A DNA stretch of 64,000 nucleotides from a virus (IMGVR_UViG_3300021430_000310:1202-65201), one strand, 5' to 3'; numbered from the stretch's first letter, positions 9,100 to 17,659 are shown. The notes: generated from the sequence alone by a model not told the origin. A program made the numbers and translations.

Positions 9100-9275
9100 G
9101 GGGTAAGCTCCAGGCAGCGAATGCGTGGGTTGGGCACCAGCACAGGTGTCTCAATCTGACTGAGTGCTTCAGGAATGGCTGCCCTACAGCTGGCCAAACT
9201 CTGGAATCCAGTCACAGTGGCAGGACCGCCATTGCCGCCACCCATCCAGATCAGCATCACAATGATCTTGGTCAC
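9096..9275 (-). CDS. Small exported two-Cys protein (59 aa; not in ORF track)
   Basis: GTG start; TKIIVMLIWMGG..VTGFQSLASC..IRCLELTP; paralog of the neighbour. Confidence 0.6.
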   Translation of the reverse strand: MTKIIVMLIWMGGGNGGPATVTGFQSLASCRAAIPEALSQIETPVLVPNPRIRCLELTP

Positions 9276-9454
9276 TGGGCAGCCTCACAGTTGAACACAT
9301 ACTGCACAGGCACCTGTGCACGCACATTCACGCGATTGATCTCTGCAATGGTGATAATCTCAGCCATGCAGTCAGGCCCAGTGGCTGCGAGACGCAGGGT
9401 GGTGGGCTGTAGCACACCAGCAATCACAACACTCACCACCAAAATCATATTCAT
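9272..9454 (-). CDS. Small exported two-Cys protein (60 aa)
   Basis: MNMILVVSVVIAG..DC..FNCE; GGAGA SD. Confidence 0.6.
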   Translation of the reverse strand: MNMILVVSVVIAGVLQPTTLRLAATGPDCMAEIITIAEINRVNVRAQVPVQYVFNCEAAQ

Positions 9455-9476
9455 GTGTGTTCTCCTTGTGTCACAT

Positions 9477-9505
9477 ACATTAACGTGGTTCACACCTTGC
9501 GTCAA
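9477..9505 (-). promoter_or_regulatory. Early sigma70-type promoter
   Basis: TTGACG-17-TAATGT. Confidence 0.45.
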
Positions 9506-9710
9506 GCTCTTCTGGAGTAAACTGCCCGCCCATGCGGTCCGGTTGGGTGCTCCAGCTGGCATCACGCAGCTTGCGTTCAGCCTCCATCAGTCGCCGTTCC
9601 AGCTTGCGCAGTGGTTCATACACATGACGTAGCAGTTGATCTTCCTGCTCACTGTGCTCAGGCGGTTCACCAAACCAATTGTTCAGGATGCGGTCAACTT
9701 CATAATCCAT
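9480..9710 (-). CDS. Hypothetical protein
   Basis: 76 aa, coupled to upstream ORF; DRMGGQF motif. Confidence 0.65.
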   Translation of the reverse strand: MDYEVDRILNNWFGEPPEHSEQEDQLLRHVYEPLRKLERRLMEAERKLRDASWSTQPDRMGGQFTPEELDARCEPR

Positions 9711-10009
9711 CAGTTCTTACCTTCTCGCAACAGCCTCAAACACAAGTTTCTGTTGTCCAGCCACTGTGCCAATTCCTGTGGTGACATGTGTGCCTCTTCC
9801 GCACGCTGAATCACATCAGCTGCCACCCTATCCAGACTGGTGCACCGCTGCAGGTATGGCTGTGCACTGGCCTCATGTAGCTCTGCCCTGCGCAGCAAGC
9901 GAGCCGCAATCTCAGCACTGGAACGGTTGCGAAGCAGATCATATGTGTGCTCTGCAGTCTGAGCAGGCTGCTTGTTGCTCTTGAACATGGCCTTGATCAG
10001 GGTGAGCAT
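9710..10009 (-). CDS. Hypothetical protein, paralog of 12120-12407
   Basis: AEIAARLLRRAELHE..RCTSLDR.AA. Confidence 0.7.
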   Translation of the reverse strand: MLTLIKAMFKSNKQPAQTAEHTYDLLRNRSSAEIAARLLRRAELHEASAQPYLQRCTSLDRVAADVIQRAEEAHMSPQELAQWLDNRNLCLRLLREGKN

Positions 10010-10011
10010 GC

Positions 10012-11058
10012 TCAGCGCCCCGCATTCTTGCACAGAGTGCGGCGGGCCACTGCCTGCCAGTTACGCGGCATGGCGCGGCGCAGGGCAGCAGCCTTGCGCA
10101 CAGTGCGCAGGTCCATGCCGTTCAGCTTGGGGATGTTCTCCAGCAGCCAGTTCATGATCTCTGCAACCTGACCCTTGCTGAGTTCATATTCCTCCAGCAT
10201 GGGGGTGTTTTCTACCACGTTGCGGATATGCAGGATCTTCTCACGCATGCTGTCGATTTTCACATCCACGTAGTGGACTCGCGATACGATAGCTTCAAAG
10301 TGAGGAGCCAGCTTGGCGCTGCGGGGACGATCCAGCTTCTCGTTGGTGAGGAAGATCACACCACCCTGGAATTCAAAGCTGGTGGGCACACCCTCCTTCT
10401 CCAGCACGTTGCTGGCAGTGCCCCAGTGGATGCGGCGAGTCTTCTTGGTGTCCAGGGCGGCCTTGAGAATGCCCAGAGCCTCCAGGTCCTCCAGCACATC
10501 GCAGTCATCCAGCACCAGCACGCTGCCCCGGTCAGCCATGCGGTAGAGCGCAGTGTAGAGCATGATGGGGCTGATGTGGCCGCTGATCACTTCATAGCTG
10601 GGTTCCAGGCCCTGCAGACGAGCAGGCACACCCAGCGTTTCATCCAGGGTGCTGTTTACAGTGTGGCTCTTACCAATGCCAGCCGGCCCGCTGATCACCA
10701 TGCCCTTGACCACACCGCTGATCACAGCCTCAGTCATCTCAGCGATGATCTCAAAAGTCTCCTTGAGCTCTGCAGCAATCTCTTCGTCCGACCGCTCAGG
10801 CTCAGCCTCTTCAGTGGGTGCCACAGCCTGCTTGCCCGTGGCAGCATCAATCAGCTCAAAATCCGTGGGACGAGCCAGGTAGATGCGGTTCTTGCCCTGG
10901 CGCAGGTCTGCATGACCGTCACCATCCACAGTGATGTAGGTGCCCAGGTTGGGCTCACGAGCCAGCTGACCCAGCAGACGGAACACACGGTTCTCGATCC
11001 GGACGCCACCCTTGGTGGTGCCTGCAATAACACGGGCGTAAGCGTTGTTGAGTTCCAT
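10012..11058 (-). CDS. AAA+/P-loop ATPase (early gene, GC-rich)
   Basis: GPAGIGKS, VLVLDDCD, LKAALD, FQGGVIFLTN, SR; promoter and GGAG SD upstream. Confidence 0.85.
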   Translation of the reverse strand: MELNNAYARVIAGTTKGGVRIENRVFRLLGQLAREPNLGTYITVDGDGHADLRQGKNRIYLARPTDFELIDAATGKQAVAPTEEAEPERSDEEIAAELKETFEIIAEMTEAVISGVVKGMVISGPAGIGKSHTVNSTLDETLGVPARLQGLEPSYEVISGHISPIMLYTALYRMADRGSVLVLDDCDVLEDLEALGILKAALDTKKTRRIHWGTASNVLEKEGVPTSFEFQGGVIFLTNEKLDRPRSAKLAPHFEAIVSRVHYVDVKIDSMREKILHIRNVVENTPMLEEYELSKGQVAEIMNWLLENIPKLNGMDLRTVRKAAALRRAMPRNWQAVARRTLCKNAGR

Positions 11059-11087
11059 GTGGTGTGCTCCGTTCTCTCTATGTGGCC

Positions 11088-11116
11088 AATATAACACAGG
11101 ATAGCTGGACTGTCAA
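11088..11116 (-). promoter_or_regulatory. Early promoter
   Basis: TTGACA-17-TATATT. Confidence 0.7.
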
Positions 11117-11128
11117 CACTATTCTTTG

Positions 11129-11308
11129 TTACGTGGCGATATTTTTGCGTGCCAGAGCAATCAGCTCAAGCACAGCCACAGGCGTGAGCATGGCGTTGAG
11201 TGTGCGGGCTCCATCAGCTCGCACGCTGGGATAGTCATCAATCATGCAGTCCTCAGCAGCCGTCTGCAACCGGTTGAGCCAGTTGGTATCCAGTTGGGTG
11301 GTCTGCAT
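11129..11308 (-). CDS. Small Ead/Ea22-like protein
   Basis: LTPVAVLELIA; leader identical to that of the ATPase gene. Confidence 0.55.
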   Translation of the reverse strand: MQTTQLDTNWLNRLQTAAEDCMIDDYPSVRADGARTLNAMLTPVAVLELIALARKNIAT

Positions 11309-11337
11309 GTGGTGTGCTCCGTTGTGTTTATGCATGC

Positions 11338-11366
11338 ACTATAACATGGGATCGCAGGGCTGTCTA
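11338..11366 (-). promoter_or_regulatory. Early promoter
   Basis: TAGACA-17-TATAGT. Confidence 0.55.
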
Positions 11367-11511
11367 CCCAAAAAGGTGTGTTCAAGCCATTGATATTGTT
11401 GGGATCATGTTGATAATTTGTAAATTATAGCATGTGTTTGTGCACTGTCAACTGTTATTTTTCAATTGAATATCAAGCACTTAAAAAACTTCATGATCAA
11501 CCTTTTTTTGG

Positions 11512-11539
11512 TTGACTGGCTGAGAGATCATGCTATACT
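11512..11539 (+). promoter_or_regulatory. Early promoter
   Basis: TTGACT-16-TATACT preceded by CATGC. Confidence 0.7.
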
Positions 11540-11620
11540 GGCCACACACAGCAGGTACACACTGGATCACCCAGCTCAACCTGGATAATGTGCCCATGGA
11601 CTCCCAGGACCAGATAGTTG

Positions 11621-11648
11621 TTGACTGCCTGACCAATCATGCTATAAT
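11621..11648 (+). promoter_or_regulatory. Early promoter
   Basis: TTGACT-16-TATAAT. Confidence 0.75.
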
Positions 11649-11673
11649 GCACACACAAACAAAGGAACACACG

Positions 11674-11898
11674 ATGATCAAGCTCAAGCTCATGCTGGAC
11701 TCCATGATGGAAGTCATGCGCAACCCTCACACAGCCACCTGGATCTGGTTTGCGCTCACTGTCACCAACGGATTCCTCACCATTCTCAACCTGATCTCAG
11801 GCAACAGTGTGTTTATTGTGCTGTTGGGCGCTCTGACCACTGCGGTGGGCTGGCGAGCAGCCCTGCGTGCTGGTGCTCAGCGCGACGCGCAGGCCTGA
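11674..11898 (+). CDS. Small two-TM membrane protein
   Basis: AAGGAA SD; two hydrophobic stretches. Confidence 0.65.
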   Translation: MIKLKLMLDSMMEVMRNPHTATWIWFALTVTNGFLTILNLISGNSVFIVLLGALTTAVGWRAALRAGAQRDAQA

Positions 11899-11940
11899 AC
11901 TCAAACACCTCTCTCAACTGCACACACAAGGAGATCAATC

Positions 11941-12075
11941 ATGAACACCACCACTGCTGTGGAACGTCTGCGCATGCTGCTGCTGATCCTGGACATGGGC
12001 GGCCGAGTGAATGATCAGCAACTGCTGGAGGCTGAAGCAGCCGCTCAGGCTGAGCAAGCGATTGCAGCCCAGTAG
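11941..12075 (+). CDS. Small hypothetical protein (44 aa; not in ORF track)
   Basis: AAGGAGA SD; MNTTTAVERLRMLLLILDMG... Confidence 0.55.
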   Translation: MNTTTAVERLRMLLLILDMGGRVNDQQLLEAEAAAQAEQAIAAQ

Positions 12076-12119
12076 TTGATCAACATAATTTGTTTTGACC
12101 CATAACAGGAGATCCATGC

Positions 12120-12407
12120 ATGTTTGACACAGTGCGGCGCTGGCTCAATCCACTGCCACAGGATGATGCCGCAACTGTGCAAGCCAAGCTGCACACTCGC
12201 TGCAATGCAGAGATTGTTGCACGCCTGCTGCGCAGGGCAGAGATCCATGAACAACAGGGAGGATACCCTGCGCGGTGTTCTCCGCTGGATCGTGAGGCTG
12301 CCCAGCGAATCATTCAGCTGGAGCGCAGCCTGGCTCTGGCTCAGGGAGCCAGTGCCAGCAATGTGCAGGATCAGGTTGACCGCATGCTCAACATTCTTCG
12401 CAGCTGA
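12120..12407 (+). CDS. Hypothetical protein, paralog of 9710-10009
   Basis: AEIVARLLRRAEIHE..RCSPLDR.AA; AGGAGA SD. Confidence 0.7.
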   Translation: MFDTVRRWLNPLPQDDAATVQAKLHTRCNAEIVARLLRRAEIHEQQGGYPARCSPLDREAAQRIIQLERSLALAQGASASNVQDQVDRMLNILRS

Positions 12408-12423
12408 AAACAAGGACCACAAT

Positions 12424-12948
12424 ATGTCCCCCTCCATTGATCGTGAACAACTGCGACAGCTGGCACTGGCTGCCACTCCTGGGCCCTGGGAGGCTGATCA
12501 AGCCCAACCCTGGACAAGTGGTATGGGCCCATTTGATGACTGGGGTGCCTCTGTGACTGTGAATGGCACAGTGGTCATCCAGGGTGGAGCACAGGATGAA
12601 CAGGGTGGTGCTGTGGGCGTGTTGCTAAATGAGGATGCCGAGTATATTGCGGCTGCAAATCCGCAGGTGATGCTCACACTGCTCACAGAACTGGATCAAT
12701 GTGATCAGGCTCTGGCAGTCGCTGAGCAGCTGAATAAAAACCAGCTGACAGAAATGGCTGAACTGATCAATCAGCTTGATCAAGCTGTGGCGGAAGCGTC
12801 GCGCCTGAGGCAGGCACTCAAGGATCTAGTCCACATCATCATGACAGGCACCATCATCAGTTTGGATGGCGTCGCAGTTTATACTATTCGTCATGACAGT
12901 GCCACACTCAAGATTGCACACAACATTGTGCTGGAGTCACAGTCATGA
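12424..12948 (+). CDS. Ead/Ea22-like protein
   Basis: LRQLALAATPGPW...DAEYIAAANPQVMLTLL. Confidence 0.75.
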   Translation: MSPSIDREQLRQLALAATPGPWEADQAQPWTSGMGPFDDWGASVTVNGTVVIQGGAQDEQGGAVGVLLNEDAEYIAAANPQVMLTLLTELDQCDQALAVAEQLNKNQLTEMAELINQLDQAVAEASRLRQALKDLVHIIMTGTIISLDGVAVYTIRHDSATLKIAHNIVLESQS

Positions 12949-13346
12949 ACAACTGGCCTGATCCCACACAGCCTGGTGTGCCCTTGAATGCTGATCAGAA
13001 TGGTGCACACATGATCACACATGTGGGAGATGCACCCATCATCCGGGGTCCCTGGACACTGTTGTGGTGTGCACCTGAACGGCTGTGGACAGACCTGTAT
13101 GGCAACCGTGATCCAGCTGATCGGCTGGCACAGTTTGTGTATGTGGGGCCCTGTGTGACACCTGATCTGCACACTGCACAACTGGCTGAGGCAGCTCACA
13201 CAGGCTACCAGGATGCTGTGGATCGGATCCTGGCTGAGGTTGAACTGGATCGTAGGGCCAATGGAAGGTTTGCAGATCACCAGGGTAATCAACGTCTGCT
13301 TGAGATGGCGCAAACACTGCGATCCCTACGCAAGCGCACTGACTGA
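12945..13346 (+). CDS. Hypothetical protein
   Basis: WPDPTQPGVPLN; ATGA overlap with upstream gene. Confidence 0.7.
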   Translation: MNNWPDPTQPGVPLNADQNGAHMITHVGDAPIIRGPWTLLWCAPERLWTDLYGNRDPADRLAQFVYVGPCVTPDLHTAQLAEAAHTGYQDAVDRILAEVELDRRANGRFADHQGNQRLLEMAQTLRSLRKRTD

Positions 13347-13355
13347 AATAAACAG

Positions 13356-13383
13356 TTGACACCCTGTGTGATCATGCTATAAT
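13356..13383 (+). promoter_or_regulatory. Early promoter
   Basis: TTGACA-16-TATAAT. Confidence 0.8.
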
Positions 13384-13409
13384 GCACATATAACACAAAG
13401 GGGACTCAC

Positions 13410-13649
13410 ATGAGCCCAGGTGAACAAGCTGTTCGGGCAGCCATGGCATATGCAGAGATCACAGATCCTGGCAGCGGCTTTTGGCTCCGTGTGCATCTGC
13501 AAGATGGCAAGATGTTGCAGGGCTCATGCCATATGCCTCTCAACGGCATCATGCGTATGGAGATCTACACTGAACAAGATGGTGTGAACTATGCAGAACC
13601 TGTGTGGATCAACCTGGAATGTGTCTCTCATGTGCAGATCAAATGGTGA
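13410..13649 (+). CDS. Hypothetical protein (small beta-barrel-like)
   Basis: Directly downstream of promoter and SD. Confidence 0.65.
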   Translation: MSPGEQAVRAAMAYAEITDPGSGFWLRVHLQDGKMLQGSCHMPLNGIMRMEIYTEQDGVNYAEPVWINLECVSHVQIKW

Positions 13650-13658
13650 AAAAACTGG

Positions 13659-13686
13659 TTGACACTGATCTCACTCATGCTATAAT
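13659..13686 (+). promoter_or_regulatory. Early promoter
   Basis: TTGACA-16-TATAAT. Confidence 0.8.
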
Positions 13687-13692
13687 ACACAC

Positions 13693-13846
13693 ATGAACAA
13701 ACAAACACTTGCAGATCTTGGCTTCCGAGCCCCCTTCCAAGCATCAGGGCTGTGGGTCACAGATGCCCGTGGCAGGAATGTGTGAAACCACACGTGAGCT
13801 GGCACCAGCCATTGCTGCCAGTCTCAATCAACTCAGTGCCAGTTGA
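13693..13846 (+). pseudogene. Small ORF apparently frameshifted in a TG tract
   Basis: MNKQ..VTDARGRNV* continues in the +1 frame as ETTRELAPAIAASLNQ*. Confidence 0.4.
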
Positions 13847-13870
13847 CACTGATTGTAATCATGCTATAGT
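13843..13870 (+). promoter_or_regulatory. Early promoter
   Basis: TTGACA-16-TATAGT. Confidence 0.75.
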
Positions 13871-13898
13871 CACCACATACCAGGAAACAACATCACAC

Positions 13899-14117
13899 AT
13901 GGCTGCTGACAAGATTGAGCCCATCCTGCACATCACATATTGCGTGATTGCATATGATTGCAGTGGTTATGGTGAGGATCGCAGCCAGGACTTCCAGTGT
14001 GGAGAACAGGCTGTGAACTATGCTCGCTCGCTGGAAGATAGATTTGGTGCCCAGGTGATCAAGAGGATCACCATGGAGCCCATCAGTCAAAAGATATACG
14101 ACTACAAAAACAAGTGA
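13899..14117 (+). CDS. Hypothetical protein
   Basis: AGGAAA SD after promoter. Confidence 0.6.
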   Translation: MAADKIEPILHITYCVIAYDCSGYGEDRSQDFQCGEQAVNYARSLEDRFGAQVIKRITMEPISQKIYDYKNK

Positions 14118-14146
14118 TGATCTCCACAAATCACAAGGAACATGAT

Positions 14147-14362
14147 ATGAACCAAACACAATGGATGGTGGGATCACCAGGCCTGATTCGCATCAAGGAC
14201 AGCACAGTATGTGTGCGGCACAATCCTGAAACAAACACCTTTGCTGTGGAGTGGATGGGTGCACCTGTGCAGGGCAAGACAAACTATTATACCCTGGATT
14301 ATGCCCAGCGAGAGGCTGTTCAGCACTTGCAGGACATGCGCACCCTGGGTTATGCGGGCTGA
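14147..14362 (+). CDS. Hypothetical protein
   Basis: AAGGAA SD. Confidence 0.6.
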   Translation: MNQTQWMVGSPGLIRIKDSTVCVRHNPETNTFAVEWMGAPVQGKTNYYTLDYAQREAVQHLQDMRTLGYAG

Positions 14363-14381
14363 TCACAACCATAATTTATGG

Positions 14382-14409
14382 TTGACACACTCTCACGTCA
14401 TGCTATAAT
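14382..14409 (+). promoter_or_regulatory. Early promoter
   Basis: TTGACA-16-TATAAT. Confidence 0.8.
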
Positions 14410-14433
14410 GCACACACAGAGCAAGGAGACTGC

Positions 14434-14742
14434 ATGATGGCTGTGAACCATGAACGCCAGAAGGTTTGGGCAGAAGTCACTACTGTGGATCTGGACTATG
14501 CTACCCTGGCTGAAGCTATCACCAAGTTGCAAGGCTATTGTGCTCAGTATGGTGACACAGCTCGAATTCAGATCCGAGACCGTGACTATGGTGATGGTGA
14601 ATACTGGGCAGTCATGCAGGAACGCGACGAGACTGATGGAGAGATGATTCAGCGTATCACTCAGGAGGCGCGGCGAGATGCCGAACAGGCTATTCGTGAT
14701 CGTGCGGAATTTGAACGGCTGAAGGCCAAGTTTGGAGGTTGA
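14434..14742 (+). CDS. Hypothetical protein
   Basis: AAGGAGA SD; ends in a common phage tail motif, FERLKAKFG. Confidence 0.75.
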   Translation: MMAVNHERQKVWAEVTTVDLDYATLAEAITKLQGYCAQYGDTARIQIRDRDYGDGEYWAVMQERDETDGEMIQRITQEARRDAEQAIRDRAEFERLKAKFGG

Positions 14743-14954
14743 TGATCATGCGATATATGGTATTTGGTGGAAACGATTACTACCCTGCGGGTGGTATGGA
14801 TGATTTTGTGGGCGCCTTTGATGATCTGGATGAGGCGGTCACTCGCATGCGACAGCTTCGTACGCCAGACGAGCGGAATTATACACCATGTGATTGGTGC
14901 CATGTGTATGATGTGCAGGAAGGCATCACTCGCACCCTGAGTGACTTTGACTGA
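14739..14954 (+). CDS. Hypothetical protein
   Basis: YMVFGGNDYYPAGGMDDFVGAFD, a recurrent small phage protein pattern. Confidence 0.7.
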   Translation: MMIMRYMVFGGNDYYPAGGMDDFVGAFDDLDEAVTRMRQLRTPDERNYTPCDWCHVYDVQEGITRTLSDFD

Positions 14955-14955
14955 T

Positions 14956-15123
14956 ATGGATCCTGAAATCCTCCAGCTCAGGCTGGCCTACCATGAGGCC
15001 ATGGCTGTGCGGCTGCAAGATGGCAGGCCTGAGCTGGCTCTGATCTGGCTGAGTGGGGCAGACCGCCTGCGCAAACAACTGCTCAGTATGGGGATCACAC
15101 AATCACATGATCCAGCATCCTGA
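14956..15123 (+). CDS. Hypothetical protein
   Basis: Tandem, co-oriented ORF. Confidence 0.5.
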   Translation: MDPEILQLRLAYHEAMAVRLQDGRPELALIWLSGADRLRKQLLSMGITQSHDPAS

Positions 15124-15409
15124 AGATCTGTCTGGTTATTCCCGGCCAGATCTGATCAAGTGGGTTTGTGCAACCTGTGTGACATTACCCAGTTATACTC
15201 CTGGCTCTCTGGAAACAATCAGTCAATGGTGTGAACAACACTGGGGTGAGCAGAGAGCAGGCAACATCCTGCAGGAAGCCCAGGAGGGTTGGATAGACTA
15301 CTTTGATGGTGATTGGCAGATTGCATTCAATCCCTGGTGTGCTCATGAAGAGCTCATCTTGTGGGTGAGTGATCACACCAAACTCACACAGTTCTGTTTG
15401 ACATGGTGA
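15107..15409 (+). CDS. Hypothetical protein, FxLTW-tail family
   Basis: QWCEQHWG...LTQFCLTW. Confidence 0.65.
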   Translation: MIQHPEDLSGYSRPDLIKWVCATCVTLPSYTPGSLETISQWCEQHWGEQRAGNILQEAQEGWIDYFDGDWQIAFNPWCAHEELILWVSDHTKLTQFCLTW

Positions 15410-15651
15410 TGATATTTGCGCCTGAAGATCAAGCACTCTTTCCTCATGAGGTGGTCACACGCATCAGCATCAACATGCGTGACAGACAGGAGGTTAATGC
15501 ATGGCTGCATGCACACATACCTGATGGTGGCAACCATGGTCTCAGAAACCATTGGTTGTGGATCAGCAATGGAGACCCTGACACCAATTGCATGGTGTTC
15601 AGATTCAAACATGATCACCATGCCATCAGGTTTGCGCTAACATGGACGTGA
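15403..15651 (+). CDS. Hypothetical protein, FxLTW-tail family
   Basis: VNAWL...VFRFKHDHHAIRFALTWT. Confidence 0.65.
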   Translation: MVMIFAPEDQALFPHEVVTRISINMRDRQEVNAWLHAHIPDGGNHGLRNHWLWISNGDPDTNCMVFRFKHDHHAIRFALTWT

Positions 15652-16019
15652 TGGCACAACCCATGAGGGTGGTCAAGGCCAATGGCACACAGGCATGGTA
15701 TCTGCATGGGTTGTTGCACCGTGTGGATGCACCAGCTGTTATCAAACTGGATGGATCTCAAGTGTGGTATGTGCATGGTGTGCCACACAGAACAGATGGG
15801 CCTGCTTGGATTCACCCAGATGGCACACAAGCTTGGTATGTGCATGGCAAGATGCACAGATCAGATGGGCCAGCAATGATTCACGCAACTGGCAGCCAGA
15901 GCTGGTATGTGCATGATGAGAACATCAGTCACAGGGTTGTGGACTGGATGCAACACATGCAAGTCAGCTGGCCCTGGGATGCACACACACAAGCACAGTT
16001 TGTGCTCACGTTTGCGTAA
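15642..16019 (+). CDS. HRxDGPA-repeat protein with FxLT tail
   Basis: Three to four 23-aa repeats G.QxWYVHG..HR.DGPA; ends AQFVLTFA. Confidence 0.75.
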   Translation: MDVMAQPMRVVKANGTQAWYLHGLLHRVDAPAVIKLDGSQVWYVHGVPHRTDGPAWIHPDGTQAWYVHGKMHRSDGPAMIHATGSQSWYVHDENISHRVVDWMQHMQVSWPWDAHTQAQFVLTFA

Positions 16020-16080
16020 TCATACGCATACACAACCTTGTGACTGCGTAACAATATGAGATCATAACGGAAAATAGTTG

Positions 16081-16108
16081 TTGACAATCTGAGCACATAT
16101 GCTATTAT
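16081..16108 (+). promoter_or_regulatory. Early promoter
   Basis: TTGACA-16-TATTAT. Confidence 0.75.
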
Positions 16109-16131
16109 GAAGTCATAGCAGCAAGGAACAC

Positions 16132-16941
16132 ATGATGAAGCTGGATCAAGCTCGTGAACAGGCCATGCGTGATCGCACCCAGCAGGTGCTGGATCTGGCT
16201 GAGCGGCTGTATGGCGTCAAGATCCAGCCCACCATCCGCTTTGACCTGCGTGGTAGGGTGGCTGGCTATGCGAGTTGCAAGTATTGCGCCATCACCCAGC
16301 AAAAGCAGTTCGGCCTGCGCTTCAACTGCGAGCTCATTCAGGGTGATCACTTTGAAGACATGATGAACAACACAATTCCGCATGAAATTGGCCATTTGAT
16401 CTGCTACGCCCGTCCTGAACTGGGCCGCAAGCATGATGCCGGTTGGCAGGCTGTGTGCCTCGCCCTGGGTGGTGATGGCAAGCGCACCCACAACTATGAT
16501 GTGGTGGTGAAGGGTCGCTGGGACTACCTCACGGACCTGGGCAACAAGGTGAGTGTCACCAAGCGTTATCATGCAGCCGTGCAGGCTGGGCTCACCCTGC
16601 GCTTCAAGCGGGGGCTGGGTGTGATCACCAAGGCCAGCCCCCATGCACCCAGTGGGCAACTGAAGGTCACCGCCAAGCCTGAGGGCACCATGGTGGTGCG
16701 CACCCAGCCTCCTGCGTCCAAGCCTGCTGCCAAGCCCACGATGGTCACAAAGGTGGGCAAGACTGTGGAAGTCAGCAAGACGGGTGAGCTCACGTGGGCT
16801 GAGAAGGTTCGGCAGCTGATCCGTGCTCACAAGCCGCAGGGTGTGAATGTGGACACTGTGATCCACTTGGCCATCCAGAATCTGGGCATGACTCGTGAAC
16901 GTGCTCGTAGCTGCGTTAAGGCACATTGGGAGAAGATTTAA
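16132..16941 (+). CDS. SprT-like zinc metalloprotease with basic linker and C-terminal helical module
   Basis: RGRVAG, IPHEIGHL, HDAGWQ; GC-rich. Confidence 0.85.
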   Translation: MMKLDQAREQAMRDRTQQVLDLAERLYGVKIQPTIRFDLRGRVAGYASCKYCAITQQKQFGLRFNCELIQGDHFEDMMNNTIPHEIGHLICYARPELGRKHDAGWQAVCLALGGDGKRTHNYDVVVKGRWDYLTDLGNKVSVTKRYHAAVQAGLTLRFKRGLGVITKASPHAPSGQLKVTAKPEGTMVVRTQPPASKPAAKPTMVTKVGKTVEVSKTGELTWAEKVRQLIRAHKPQGVNVDTVIHLAIQNLGMTRERARSCVKAHWEKI

Positions 16942-16942
16942 C

Positions 16943-17344
16943 ATGATAGATTGCATGATCCTGGGTGACAGTATTGCACAAGGTGTGGCCCGACTGCGGC
17001 CACAGTGTGCACAGATAACCCAACAGGGAGTAAACTCACTCACCTTCAACACCAGGCTGATTCAGAATGTGAATGCTCGTCATGTGCTGATCAGTCTGGG
17101 CAGCAATGATGTGCACACACCAGATCTACACAGACATCTCTCCACCATCAGGAGTCGCATCCAGACGGGTCAGGTCACCTGGTTGCTGAGTGCCAACAAC
17201 CCACAAGCTGCTGCATTTGCGCTACAGATTGCACATTATTATGGTGACCGTGTGATTCAGGTGAGTGTGGTGGTGGGATCTGATGGTGTGCATCCCAACG
17301 CCACAGGATATCATCGCTTGAATCAGATGTGGCGTCCACTATAA
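16943..17344 (+). CDS. SGNH/GDSL hydrolase
   Basis: ILGDSIAQG, SLGSND, DGVHP. Confidence 0.8.
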   Translation: MIDCMILGDSIAQGVARLRPQCAQITQQGVNSLTFNTRLIQNVNARHVLISLGSNDVHTPDLHRHLSTIRSRIQTGQVTWLLSANNPQAAAFALQIAHYYGDRVIQVSVVVGSDGVHPNATGYHRLNQMWRPL

Positions 17345-17363
17345 TCACATAACAGAAAGGCAC

Positions 17364-17657
17364 ATGACCATGGGACCTGAAGATAATACACCTCCTCGGA
17401 TTGAAATTTACTATGTGAACAATGAGGGCTGGGACAAGCTGGATCCTGAAGCAGCAGAGTGGGTGAAGATGTATCTGGAATCGTTTATGAATCAACTGGA
17501 TCACATGCACTTGGAGTTTGATACTGAACCGGCCAGTGTGCAATCACAACTGGCTGAACTGGCTCGTCTGGATGCTCAGGTTGCAGATGCTGCTGAGTGC
17601 CCAGAGGCGCTGGCCTGGATTTCACAGGCTGTGCAGCGAGTGCGCCGCGGAGACTGA
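17364..17657 (+). CDS. Hypothetical protein
   Basis: Tandem, co-oriented ORF. Confidence 0.6.
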   Translation: MTMGPEDNTPPRIEIYYVNNEGWDKLDPEAAEWVKMYLESFMNQLDHMHLEFDTEPASVQSQLAELARLDAQVADAAECPEALAWISQAVQRVRRGD

Positions 17658-17659
17658 TC

